Part shown: piece by piece, positions 24,720 through 38,599 of the stretch
Numbering within the stretch: position 1 is the stretch's first letter
How the letters are laid out: every line of letters starts with the position of its first letter
Assembly (NCBI RefSeq): GCF_006345805.1
Contig: NC_043005.1
Span: 49,352,001 to 49,416,000, forward strand
Reading direction: 5' to 3'
From: Octopus sinensis
Taxonomy: Eukaryota
DNA length: 64,000 nt
Notes under the pieces: model-generated
What the model saw: the letters and a program-made list of their open reading frames with translations, nothing else
Databases searched by the model: none
What the model was told of the DNA's origin: nothing
Program-made: the position numbers and the translations under genes

Positions 24720-24915
24720 GTGTGCGTGTGAGTGTTTGTCCCCTACCACCACTTGGAAACTAGTGTTGGTTTGTTTACGTCCTGTAACTTAGTGGCTTGG
24801 CAAAAATCCCCCATAGAATGAGTACCAGGCTTTAAAATAAGTTTAGAGCTCAATTCGTTTGACTAAACCTTCCAAGGTTGCGCTTCAGCATGGCCGCAGT
24901 TCAAGACAAACAAGT
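24720..24915 (+). mobile_element. SINE family A, 3' half
   Basis: tgtttgtccc...gtaacttagtggcttggc...cagcatggccgcagt. Confidence 0.75.
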
Positions 24916-24960
24916 GAAAAATGATATATACATACATGTATGTATGTGTATGTATGTATG

Positions 24961-25058
<98 letters not shown>

Positions 25059-25059
25059 G

Positions 25060-25795
25060 TATGTATGTGTTAATGTGTGCGTGTTAGTGTGTGCCTGTTT
25101 GAATGCATTATAATTCGTATCGACACGGACACTAAGTGTCGCTTGAGGGCTTTTTTCCACCATTTATTATGGAGAAAGCCTCATAACCTTTTTATACTGG
25201 TATCCCCTCAAAAGTAAATGTTATTATTCTTAAACTTACTGCAAAATAATACGTGAGTTTATGCATGTATAGGGAGAGGTAAAGAATACGGTCCACCACC
25301 CGTTTCGGCATACTAACCCTAACTCTAAGCCTAAGCCTAAACCTAACTTTAACTCTACCCTAACCATAAACTTTCAACAGCCGAAAATGGGTGGTGTGCG
25401 TATTTTTTTACCTTTGCCTCTGTATATATGTATGTATGTGTAATATGTGTGCGTGTTAGTGTGTGCCTGTTTGAATGCATTATAATTCGTATCGACACGG
25501 ACACTAAGTGTCGCTTGAGGGCTTTTTTCCACCATTTATTATGGAGAAGCTCAATACCTTTTATACTGAGTATCCTCAAAAGTAAATGTTTTATTATTCT
25601 TAAACTTACTGCAAAATAATACGTGAGTTTATGCATGTATAGGGAGAGGTAAAGAATACGTCCACCACCCGTTTTCGGCATAACCCTAACTCTAAGCCTA
25701 AGCCTAAACCTAACTTTAACTCTTACCCTAACCATAAACTTAAACGCCGAAAATGGGTGGTGTGCGTATTTTTTTACCTTTGCCTCTGTATATAT
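25060..25795. repeat. Tandem duplication (~372-bp period). Each unit carries an inverted-repeat-flanked (TAACCY)n element
   Basis: cgtatcgacacggac occurs at 25116 and 25488. Arms at 25275-25309 and 25380-25414 flank degenerate taaccc hexamers. Confidence 0.85.
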
Positions 25796-25947
25796 GTATG
25801 TATGTATGTATGTGTAATATGTATGTGACCTCATTTTGCCTCACTACAACTCACACCACCCTTCTCTCTTTTTCATCGCCACCCAATAGGTTTTTGTTTA
25901 CTTATGTGTCTATCTATATGCCCACCTCACCCTTTTCCTCCCTCCCC

Positions 25948-25949
<2 letters not shown>

Positions 25950-26037
<88 letters not shown>

Positions 26038-26062
26038 TTTTCTGTCTGTCTATAATATAATG

Positions 26063-26105
<43 letters not shown>

Positions 26106-26122
26106 AAGTATTGTATACAGTG

Positions 26123-26204
<82 letters not shown>

Positions 26205-26300
26205 TTTTCTGTCTGTCTATAATATAATGAAATAATAATAATAATAATAATAATATAATAATAATAATAATAATAATGAAAGTATTGTATACAGTGATAA

Positions 26301-26386
<86 letters not shown>

Positions 26387-26410
26387 GTATCTATCTCTAT
26401 CTATCTATCT
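25950..26410. repeat. Duplicated compound microsatellite unit ((TATC)n, spacer, (AAT)n, gaaagtattgtatacagtgat)
   Basis: Two copies with a period of about 175 bp. Confidence 0.85.
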
Positions 26411-26619
26411 ATCATCATTCATGTCGGTTCTTCAGTCTATCTGTTGTCTGTCCGCCTGTCTGTCTGTCTGTCTGTCGTCTATATGTTTGGTTGTCCGTCT
26501 TGTCTGTCTGTCTCTTTATGTGTCTTGTTATGTTTATGCTTCTCAATATTATATTTCTTTAAAAATGCCAATGTCAATGGTTATGCTTTATCAACCAACA
26601 CACCCTCTTCTATTGTAGC

Positions 26620-26810
26620 CCCCGTCGCCATTTCATAACCACTACCATAACCATCTCCACCACCTCCGCCAAAGCATTCTCTACCACCAACAACAACAAC
26701 AACATCAACACCCCACTGGCTGCCACCATTACCACCACTACCGCCGTCATTTCATAACCCCTACCATAACCATCTCCACCACCTCCGCCAAAGCATTCTC
26801 TACCACCACC

Positions 26811-26842
<32 letters not shown>

Positions 26843-26965
26843 CATCAACACCCCACTGGCTGCCACCATTACCACCACTACCGCCGTCATTTCATAACCC
26901 CTACCATAACCATCTCCACCACCTCCGCAAAAGCATTCTCTACCATCAACACCACCACCACCAAA
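26620..26965. repeat. CA-rich minisatellite, ~120-140-bp unit x ~2.6
   Basis: tttcataacc...ctaccataaccatctccaccacctccgc at 26631, 26750 and 26890. Confidence 0.9.
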
Positions 26966-27459
26966 TCCTCCCGGCCACCACCATTTACAAAACATGTAAG
27001 AGTTGAAAGGAGAAAGTAAAAAATAAATTAAAAAATCGGATAAAAAACAAAAAATCACACATTATCTTAAAAGACAGTAGAATATATTTAGCAAGTCCCA
27101 TTGTAAAACACGAAGCATAGTGAAGTTATTCAAGTATTATAGATTATCAAAGTGATAAGATATACGGAGTGAATAAAACTGGAAGAAGCAGACGATAATA
27201 AGGAAGACGACGGACGAGATAGAAAAAAAACTGGAAGGAAATAAACAATATATAGGAGTTTAAAAATATGATACACATATAAACAGTAAGTGCATCTTAT
27301 TCTTTTAAATCCCATGAGAACAGTAGTTTCTGTATAATTCCTTCATTGCTCGTATATAGATTTAATTAAATGTATCTTATAATTCTTGAGATTAAATCGT
27401 GGTTTACCGCCTATAACTTGTAGATCATTTAATTTTAATGCATGCACACACACACGCGC

Positions 27460-28070
<611 letters not shown>

Positions 28071-28183
28071 AATAGATACGCTGCGTAAGTGCTATAATTG
28101 GTCATCCATTAGGTTCCAAGTTCACAGCTGAGGCTGGAGCTAGGGATCCGTAGTAGGCTTCTGATTTAACAGGTATTTATTAG

Positions 28184-28512
28184 ATGAAAAAGGGGCAACA
28201 AAAACCAAGGTAGGACAAGTATCTCAAGTCATTTATAATATTTAATTAGAGTAAGGTGAATGTGAGGTAATTAATTAGTTTCTGGGATATCCCAAGTGAT
28301 AGGTTAGCATCTCTCTATACACTGGGTATACCGTCATCAGAGACAAGGTGAGTATGTATGAAAATTCTAGACAGGGAATTCAGTTTATAAACGAATACAA
28401 TAGTAGATAGAAGAATAAAGAGTAAAACAGTAAATTTCTTTACTCTAATTAAATATTCCAAATGACTTGAGATACTCGCCCTGACTTGGTTTTTGTTGTC
28501 CTTTTCTCTCAT
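28184..28512. mobile_element. Putative MITE / fold-back with ~65-bp imperfect inverted repeats
   Basis: caacaaaaaccaag...gtatctcaagtcattt..aatatttaattagagtaa (28196-28254) is inverted at 28440-28501. Confidence 0.7.
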
Positions 28513-28625
28513 TTATAGATATATATACATGAATTTTTAAAAACACCTTTTATCAATTCAATAATGAAAAATTAAATTATACAATCTAGAAAATTACATA
28601 TTATAGAAAGATTAAACATAAAACG

Positions 28626-28677
<52 letters not shown>

Positions 28678-28766
28678 TATTATTATTATATTATTATATT
28701 ATTATATTATTATTATTATATTATTATTATTATTGTTGTTGTTGTTATTATTGTTGTTGTTGTTGT

Positions 28767-28799
<33 letters not shown>

Positions 28800-29165
28800 C
28801 TACACAAGTATGCCCTACTCTGATTTTGTTTCTTCCTATATCAGAAAAATGGATATTTTTCAATGAAATTTTTTTGCAAATACCTTTCAAATAAAGTAGA
28901 TTCTGACTATATTGGAATCTACTGTGGAAAAAAAAATTGTACAATGCTACCTCAGATTTTGGATTTCTTGCTTACGAAAATCGTGAAGTATGACCATTAA
29001 TTGTAGGATGCAGTCCATAATTTCATCCTTATGGAAACTCGGATTAATCTAAACGATTTAAAGACAATTCTTTCTTACTAACCAAATCACCGAGAACTTG
29101 AAAAACTATAATTAAGATACATACATATAAACATACACACACACACACATACATACATACATACA

Positions 29166-29197
<32 letters not shown>

Positions 29198-29600
29198 ATA
29201 CATACATACATACCTACATACAGACAGATATCCACATATACACATACATATGCACATTCACACATATGTATACATACATAACATACATACACACATTCGT
29301 ACATACATATATACATACACACATACATACATAAACATACACACATACACATGCATATATATATAAATATACATACATATATATATACACACACATATGT
29401 ATATAATTTCATACATACATACATGCATATATACATACATGCATGCATGCATGGATACACGCATACTTATATACATATATGTGTGTATGTGTCGCTATAA
29501 TCATGAAGTGTGAGGTGGAATTTTTCACTGAATATTTGTTTGCGCACATTTTCTCGTGTCACAAGGAGTATCTGCTTGTCTATCAGTCTCTCTGCCTGCA

Positions 29601-29692
<92 letters not shown>

Positions 29693-29695
<3 letters not shown>

Positions 29696-29855
29696 TTTTT
29701 TGTTCTTTTCTTCCCTTTTACGATCCCTCTTGATCGAAAACCTACGCCACCCCCTTTTTTTCTTTTGTTTTTTTGTTTTTTTCATCCCCCAAAAGAAAAG
29801 CTCTACCTTGTAACTTGTCCCATCTGTGTGCAGCCCTGTGTGGCTAATAAAGAAA
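29693..29855 (+). mobile_element. Tx1 LINE 3' UTR only (severely 5'-truncated copy)
   Basis: Homologous to 32385-32511. Ends gctaataaagaaa and is flanked by TATC repeats. Confidence 0.85.
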
Positions 29856-29866
29856 CTTATCTATCT

Positions 29867-32511
29867 TGCTCGAGCCCAGCAAGATGTGCGAGACATTTCA
29901 GCGGCACTTTGCCCGACTGTACGGGACGAGTGGCGAGCGTGAACGCAGGGTGGACTTCAGTGCTTACCTGCACAGCCTACCACAACTCTCGGCAAGAGAG
30001 GCAGAGTGCTGCGAAGGTGCCATCACGGCGGCGGATGTCGGGACGCGATGGCAGAATGCTCGAGGGACAAATCGCTGGGTTTGGATGGTCTGCCCTACGA
30101 GTTTTACAATTGTATGCCAGACTTGTTTGGAGACGTCTTGGCAGCGGTATACTGCAACTGGCAGCAAAACGGGAGCATACCCGGTTTTGTGAGTCGAGGA
30201 GCCGTAACGCTGCTGAAGAAAGATCCAAACAAGGGGAACATTATAGATAACTTTAGACCAATCACTCTGCTCAATGCAGACCTGAAAATTTTGACAAAGG
30301 TGTTAGCCAAGAGGTTGGCGCTTGTCATCGAGAAACTGGTCGACAACGCACAAACGTGCGCCGTGCCGGGCCGGAGCATCCATGACAATCTCCATCTGAT
30401 GCGCTACATCATAGACAGAGTAGTTAAGAAACCTGGCATGGGTGGGGCCCTGATCAACTTGGATCAATCGAAAGCCTTCGATAGGGTAGACCATCGATAC
30501 TTGGAGGCAGTCCTGAGAGCAGCTGGTTTCGGTCCCGTCTTCTGCGGCTGGATAGCTGCCTTGTACAGAGGCATCCGTTCGGTAATTCGCGTAAATGGAC
30601 ATCTATCGAGACCTTTCGACATTGCACGTTCGGTCCGTCAGGGATGACCCCTCTCGGCACTTCTATACGTATTGACTCTTGAGCCATTACTGCGGAAGCT
30701 GGCGACTTTGAGGGGCATCCCGCGAGAATTGGGATGCGGGACGAGCGTGTCTGCATACGCGGACGACGTCACCGTCATAGTGTCAAGCCACGAGCACATC
30801 GAGCTGATCGGCGAGACACTGAAAGACTACGAAGCGGTGACAGGAGCAAAAATCAACCGGAAAAAGTCAGTGGGCTTGCGGCTCGGCACCTGGAGACGCA
30901 AGCCCATGCCGTCCACCAGTACCTCCGTCGTGGGACGCTGGACGGACGGCCCGGTTGAGTTGCTCGGAGTCTGGTTCGGTCCGGACCTCCAAATGGAGAA
31001 GAACTGGAACGAGATAACGAGTAGGGTGGTCACTCTCGCCCGGCAATGGGCCGAGAGGAAACTGTCCCTAAAAGGTCGGGCGGAGGTGGCGAACACGTAC
31101 ATCGCGTCCATCATCTACTAACCGCCTGACCTCGTACCTTGTCCCGACCCTACCATCACCAAACTAGAACGCATTCTCTTCCGCTTCTTGTGGAAAGGAT
31201 GCGTCCTGATGGTCAGGCGATCCATTTGCTGTCAACACCGTTAAAAGGAGGCTGGGCATGCCGTGGTTGATGATGCGCAGACACGCGCTGAGACTGCGAC
31301 ATCTCCGGCTCTATGTAGACGACGGTGAACAGGGTTGTGGTCGCCGTTTGTGAGGCACGCGTCCCGCAGCTCGTCTCCATGACCGAACTGCACTCGTGGA
31401 TCAAAAAGAGGCCGAGGAAGGGCGAATGGCACCGCGAGTGTCACGTTGCTCTCAAGCAACTCTGCCGTCCCGGGTCGACCTTGAGTGACTTCAACACAAC
31501 CAAAGCATTCTATAGGGGATTAGTGGAGGGGGGAGGTACGACGACGATCTTGGGCCAAACCTGGGCGTCGACGAGGAATACCTGACCCGCCTGTTTGAAA
31601 CGACTTTCGGGCCGGGACCTATGGACAACTTCCAGAGATCCCTGGCCTGGCGGTGCTACCGAGAAGCGCTACCCGTTCGGGATAAGCTCTATAGGCATGG
31701 CTCGAGAAAACACGGGGCCGACTGCCCGAGATGCGGGCAGAGCGACGAAACCGCTCTGCACGCAATCGTGCAGTGTCCAGCAATTTCCGACCTGTGGGAT
31801 TATGTCGAACGACTGCTGTCACGTGTGTGGGACGTGTCGGTTATCAGCCGAGTCTATCGTTAATATCGTCACGCCTCCTTCTTCAAACGGGAAGAAGAGC
31901 TATTTTTATCATACTTGTGGCTATGGCGAAAGAATGTATCTGGTGGACGCGCCTGAAAGGATTAGAGACAAAACACTTTCCTCTCTGGTCAATCTCTCAT
32001 CAACTTCTTCAAGTATCACTTGAAGAGGAAAGTGAGAGTAGAGAGGCAAGTTTTGTCTAGTGAATGTTTTAAAAAAAGATGGGTGAATGTAGCAAGGATG
32101 GCACGTATGAATGACGAAGCCACCTTGACTATGATTCTATGAACCGTAAAAATTAATACAGAGAGTTGCTTATTTGCAAAAAAAAAAAGAAATATAACAA
32201 GTAACTTCATTGACCGAGGTTACCGTGTGGTCTTTTCCGTAGGCTTTTCTTTCCACGGGTAAACCTCACCTGTTCTCCCTTTACAACCATATTGACATTT
32301 CTGTGATAACGATCCCTATTGATCAATTTTTTTCCTTTCCCTCCACCCCACTTTTTTTAATATTTTTTAAAATTTTATCCCCCCTTTTTTGTCCTCTTTC
32401 TTTCCCTTTACGATCCTTTGATCGAAAAACAAACCCCATTTTTACCCCCAAAGAAAAGCTCTACCTTGTAATTTGTCCTATCTGTGTGAGCCCTGTGTGC
32501 TAATAAAGAAA
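29867..32511 (+). mobile_element. Tx1/L1-clade LINE, 5'-truncated: RT, C-terminal CCHC knuckle and 3' UTR; disrupted
   Basis: KSLGLDGLP, NFRPITLLNADLKILTKVLAKRL, LDQSKAFDRVDH, VRQG*PLS, AYADDV, LLGVWFG and CPRCGQSDETALHAIVQC. The 3' end aataaagaaa is followed by (TATC)n. Confidence 0.95.
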
Positions 32512-32539
32512 CATATCTATATCTATCTATCTATCTATC

Positions 32540-32596
<57 letters not shown>

Positions 32597-32764
32597 ACCA
32601 TCTACCTATCTGTCTGTCTGCATGTCTATCTGTTTGTATGTCTAAGTATGTATATATTTATCTTTTATTCCTTTTCTATAACTGGTTACAGCCAGAGGCT
32701 GAGGCCATGCTAGAGCACCGCTTCTCAGTGTAACTGGGTTTCTTTTCTGTACCGTTTCTGGAGA

Positions 32765-33115
32765 AATAGCGAGTCGGACGGACTTGCTTGTTGTGCCTCC
32801 TACTGTGATGTGGTATCTGGTATCACAGATAAAAATTTGTCCAGATGCTCTTTGAGGACCTTCATATTTACACTTCATAAATTTCCAAGACAGTTTGGCA
32901 GAATGTTGAATAGTTGTGAACCCTTGAAATCCAAGTTGTTGCAGTACTGGGTCCTTATTCGAGATAGAGAAGACAAGATCTTTGGTACTATGTAGTGCCA
33001 TCCAGTTTAGTGGTTGGTATAGCTTTTATTTTCATAGTTGGAAGCTAAACCTTCCAGGATATTTCATTTGTATATCACTGCATATCTTTCAACCCTTCTC
33101 TCTACGAAGTAGAGT
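32765..33115 (-). mobile_element. CR1-clade LINE 3' end
   Basis: The minus strand gives YSERLKELKLYFVERRVERY...FKGSQLFNILP...KEHLDKFLSVIPD. Confidence 0.75.
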
Positions 33116-33307
33116 TTCAGTTCCTTCAGCCTCTCTGAGTAGCTAATCTATTTCACCGAATCACTATTATTTGTGTTGTGGCACTGGATTGCCTCAAGTT
33201 CCACCACCAGTTTAACACTGTATGGTAACCACATCCACCCATTATTATCATTACATATGCTTGTATGTATGTATAACAACAATATTAGTAATAATAATAA
33301 TAAATCT

Positions 33308-33798
33308 TTAGAAGGACCCTAGATAAACTTAAGCTAAGAATTAAGGTTGTTGAAAAGCCAGGCAACCCTATCAGATCTATAATTGGTAGAAGCTATCCTT
33401 TTAGTAGAACTCTCTGTACGGATAACTATTGCACTGTATGTAGATTTAGCCCACAAACAAACTGTAAAGCCAGAAATGTGGTCTATAGTATGAGATGTAT
33501 AGAGGGACGATGCAGTAACAAGACAGTAACATACGTAGGGGAAACAGCAAGAAGCATTGGTGAGCGGGTGAATGAACATTGGAGACAACTCAAGGAAGGT
33601 AAAAGCTCATCGATTCTGTACCAACACGCTGAACAAGAACACGGGGGATCAATCAATAACATAGAGATTAAGATATTGTCCACACATAGAACAGATGCAA
33701 CAATTAGACAAATTACAGAAGCTACACATATAATAGAAAATAAACCTAGCCTGAATAGAAAACTAGAATGGAGCAATAGCGCACACCACAACATATGA
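33308..33798 (+). mobile_element. Penelope-like element 3' end: Cys-rich linker plus GIY-YIG endonuclease (Neptune-like)
   Basis: Open frame KVVEKPG...CTDNYCTVC...NCKARNVVYSMRC...YVGETARSIGERVNEH...LYQHAEQEH...RQITEATHI..NKPSLN. Confidence 0.88.
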
Positions 33799-34304
33799 CG
33801 ATAGTGGATCCTGCAAACAATAAATACACAGATAATTAAATAAATAGAAATTAATAACTATATATATGTATATGTGTATATATGTGTGTATGTATATGTG
33901 TATATGTGTGTGTATATATGTATATATATATTATATGTATATATATAATATATATATATATAATATATATATTATATATATATTTTTTTTTTCAATTAGA
34001 TTTATTATTATTATTACTAATATTGTTGTTATACATACATACAAGCATATGTAATGATAATAATGGGTGGATGTAAACACATGAACAAAATTAGAACAAA
34101 AGCAACAACAACAAAAACAAAATACAAATTACAAGAATGTATATAACCAGAAGATACAAATATTACAGGCATCCCCCCACACACACACTAAATAAACATA
34201 GACGCACATAGAGATATAAGCATGCGCAAATGAAGACATACAATAGAAATACAAAATGGCTGACGGTTAGTAAGGAGAGACACAAGTAAGTGAGAAGAAA
34301 ACAA

Positions 34305-34349
34305 GGACCACTGATGCGGTCACAGGAGTGTGACGAAAGAACTTTGGCC
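34305..34349 (+). ncRNA. Minimal type-I hammerhead-ribozyme-like motif (Penelope pLTR), with a core variant at A9
   Basis: CCA CUGAUG CG GUCACA-GGAG-UGUGAC GAAA G-AA-C U U UGG: stem I CCA/UGG, a 6-bp stem II and a short stem III. It lies ~510 bp 3' of the GIY-YIG ORF on the same strand. Confidence 0.65.
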
Positions 34350-34587
34350 GAAATAAGATTAAGATTAATGTAAGAAATAAATATCACTGAAGCAAAATAA
34401 CACCAAATATATAGTGCGTGTGTTTTTATTGGCTAAACTGGCAATATGACCATTCCTAAAATAACAATATCTGTTTCAACACACGACTTCACATAAAAAA
34501 TCTTGCACACAACAAATATTTAAACGTATATATATATATATATATATATACTATATATATATATATTATATATATATATATATATTA

Positions 34588-34626
<39 letters not shown>

Positions 34627-35003
34627 TTTTATATACCTATATATTTTTATATATTACTTTATATTATATTTTTACTTTCTAGATGTTGTAATGTTTTTTT
34701 AAAAACTGTATTTTTCTGAATCGCTAAAGTATTAACTCTAAACCCTGATGAAATTTTTTTCTCGCACCTTATTATATGCTTATTGCTGGTACAGATGAAT
34801 TATGTTCCATCTTGTGGGATGTTTAAATGTATATTCTATGATTAAATGCTGGAATTATGAAATGTTATGCGGATGACCTTGCATTTGTTTGTTCTTTAAC
34901 CTTAGTTTGATATATTTGTCTCTTTCAATAGAGCACTTCTATAGCAGTCCTATTAATCTTTTTGTTCCTGACAAGAAACAATCACTGTATTATTAATATA
35001 TAT

Positions 35004-35064
<61 letters not shown>

Positions 35065-35819
35065 GTATAAGGTCTTTATAATGTATACACTGTTATATAT
35101 ATTTTCTTTCTGCTGTTGCAGTTGTTCTCCACGACATGTTGACTTTTTTGTTGTTTCTCAAAAAGGAATTTGAAGTTAAATCTTTTCCCCTTCACCTCTT
35201 TTTCTTCCTTGTTCCGGAAAGTAACACCTGTTTCTGTTGCTCCTCCTCCTCCTCCTACTACTACTACCACCATCACATCACCTCCCCCCACCACCACCAC
35301 TATAACCACCACCATCTTCACCCGTTAAGTAGTGACTATATGTTGAACATCGATATTATAAAGGAAATTCTTTAGTTACTTTGATGTCTAACTTTAATTT
35401 TACTTTGATGATCAGCTTTGCGTGAGTAGACTTATGAACAAAAGCATTCCGGCTGTAACCATCCTGTTTTCTTTTTATCGAGCATAATGTATTTGGGATT
35501 ACATTGTCCAACGTAACCTTTCTTCTAAAAGACGATGGGGGTATGATTTGAAAGAGAGATTTGATTGCTGCTTCTAGCCAGTCGAGCGACTACGTACAGG
35601 CTCCTTCATGTGAATGTTGTTACCCCAAGCATTCCTATTCAGGCCGACTTATTTAGGTAGTGTATCCTAGACTATTTTTTCAAAGGTGTTCTTTAAGAAA
35701 GTAGTGTATGGTTTGAGGAAAATTTGGCTCTTCCTATCAAGTTGAGCCTCCACTTCAAGGCTCTCTCATTGGATCACTATCATACACCATGACAACTTTG
35801 GCACAGATTTGATTTATCC

Positions 35820-35998
35820 AGGCATGGCTGTGTGGTAAGAAGTTTGCTTCCCACCAATATAGTTCCTGGTTCAGCCCCGATATATGGCACCTTAGGCAAG
35901 TGTTTTCTACTATAGTCTTGAGCCGACCAAAACTTTGTGAGTGGGTTTGGTAGACCAAACTGAAAAAAAAAACAAACTCGGCGTATGTGTGTGTGTGT

Positions 35999-36035
<37 letters not shown>

Positions 36036-36290
36036 TGTGTGTGTGTGTGTGTGTATGTATGTGTGTGTGTACGCGTATCTTTGTATTTATCCATACCAAC
36101 ACTTGACAACCGGCGTAGTTTTGTTTGCGCTCTCGTCACTTAGCGGTTCGGCACAGAAAAAAAATAGAATAAGTACCAATTTTTAAATATATAAGTACTG
36201 TGCTCGATTCGTTCGATTAAAAACACTTCAAGGCGGTTGCTCAACATGATTTCAGTCCAATGACTGAAACAAGTAAAAGATAATGTACAA
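35820..36290 (+). mobile_element. SINE family A, near full length
   Basis: Head ggcatggctgtgtggtaagaagtttgc, internal microsatellite, tail ...aatgactgaaacaagtaaaaga. Confidence 0.85.
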
Positions 36291-36837
36291 GTTGGAAAAC
36301 GTCATTGTATATTTTCGTGCATTATCCTAAACATTTCTCATGAAGCTTGTTACAGCAGCTTCAGCAGAACCCAGCAGTTCATTCAATAAGCTGAAGCTGA
36401 TAACGAGCTGTCTCACAATAAACATTCTGCAAGTTCGTCCTGTAGCTTTAGCTTGACTCAGTATCCAATAGGCTTATATACACAAGATACGGGGAAAACA
36501 CTCAAGAAAAATCGGGAACCCTGTGGAATATCTTCTATTTGGCTTTCATTTTTTGAAATTTGAAATTTAAGTGATAATTTTAAAATTAGACACACTGTAA
36601 CTATAAATCTTTCGATAATGTTAATTGTTCCACAGAGGCCATTCAACGTGATCTGTAGATAAGATTTCAAAGAAATCTTTTTGAAAATAGCAAGATATAG
36701 CAAGGGAGAGGGTAATGTTGGGTCCCTTCTGCATGTCTACTGACTAGCTCACGTTTACATATGCCTACTAGAAAAGTCAAGGTGAATCACAGTTATAATC
36801 GGTTAAGCAGAATATTTTGTCGTTGTGAAATACTCTC

Positions 36838-37250
36838 TCTTTTACTCTTTTACTTGTTTCGGTCATTTGACTTGGCCATGCTGGAGCACCGCCTTTTAGT
36901 CAAGCAAACCAACACCAGGACTTATTCTTTGTAAGCCTAGTACTTATTCTATCGATCTCTTTCGCTGAACCGCTAAGTTACGGGGACGTAAACACACCAG
37001 CATCGGTTGTCAAGCGATGTTGGGGGGACAATCACAGACACAAACATATACACACACATACATATATATATATACATATACATATATACGACGGGCTTCT
37101 TTCAGTTTCCGTCTACCAAATCCACTCACAAGTCTTTGGTCGGCCCGAGGCAATAGTAGAAGACACTTGCCCAAAGTGCCACGCTGTGGGACTGAACCCG
37201 GAACCATGTGGTTGGTAAGCAAGCTACTTACCACACAGTCACTCCTACGC
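36838..37250 (-). mobile_element. SINE family A, full length, CpG-rich
   Basis: Head to tail are complete in reverse orientation. Confidence 0.9.
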
Positions 37251-38599
37251 CTAGATAAAAATTTCAAATTTTGTTTTAGGGTCTCCGATTACATGATTAA
37301 ATTATACTGTTATATCTATAAAGGCCTGACATTGCTTTGTTTTGTTTGTGCAATCAACCACGACTATTCAACATTAAATTAGCTTAGACAGGATTTTTTG
37401 TCTTGACAAAGCTATTGTGTTTTTCCATCTGTTATTCTCCAAGGAGAGCATGCAGTTGAGGGAATGGCTTGTGAAACAACTTCCACACATACTAGCCTAG
37501 CCTTATTCAGTTTTTATTGAATTAACCCTACCTACATGAGATATTCTCTGTACAGTTTTTCTTAATCTTGAACTTGCATCCAGGCTCCTGGTGGGATTAT
37601 ATGGAGATCTTTTAGATATTTTACTTATATTATGAATTGACATGGTCATCCTATTGAGATTGTTGGAGTCTTTATGTGTATTAGCTTATTGTTTGGCTTA
37701 TTATAGTGTTAGTGTTTACCATTGTCTAGGTCTAGGGTTATTGCTGGAAAACTAACTATACATGGGCTGGTGGGGATCGTCAGTATTAATTGTAATTAAG
37801 TTATATATGGTAAACTACAAAACTATCATCTCTTCATAGCCATATATCTAGGTATCTAGCATTACTTTTCAGCATTTTGAAGATGCACGATTCCACCGGT
37901 TTACCTCAATTCCTACATAGCTGCTCATATTGACAAATAATTTAATTATATATAATGTAATAGTATTTTCTCATTCATTCAAAGTAGTCATTGAAAAGGA
38001 GAGAACTTTTTGCATATTGTGTTACATATATGGCCAAATTATCAAATGGTTTCATACCAGAAGTAGAGAACCAACTTCAGCAATCATCAGAAATAGCTGG
38101 AACGAAATTCATAGAAGAAATCACCCAGGAAAAGACTATTTCTGTGTTACCTTTCTATATGTGATATCTGAATTCTGCATAGTAGCCTTTCAAGAATTAC
38201 GAAAATTGTCCAACCATATTGGCCCATTAATATTAATGTATTGCACCTTTATATATTATAATATTATAATATTATATATATATATATATAATATATATAT
38301 ATAATATATATATATATATAGGAGGGATAACTTTCTGCAACCTTGCATAGGCCTCTGAACAGATATCGCCATGACAACTTTCTCTGTCATGGCCAATGCG
38401 ATGATCACACTCTACATACCTTCCTTCCAAGTGCTACTGTAAACAGCAGACGTGAGCTAGAATGTTAAGACTTAGTGTGCATGAACAGCAGAGTTTAATG
38501 TCAATCTTTACCAAGTGACTGTAGTCTGCATGCTTTAGCTTCGTTACTATGGCAACAGTCGAGATACTTATTGATCAGACCTCGTATATATATATATAT

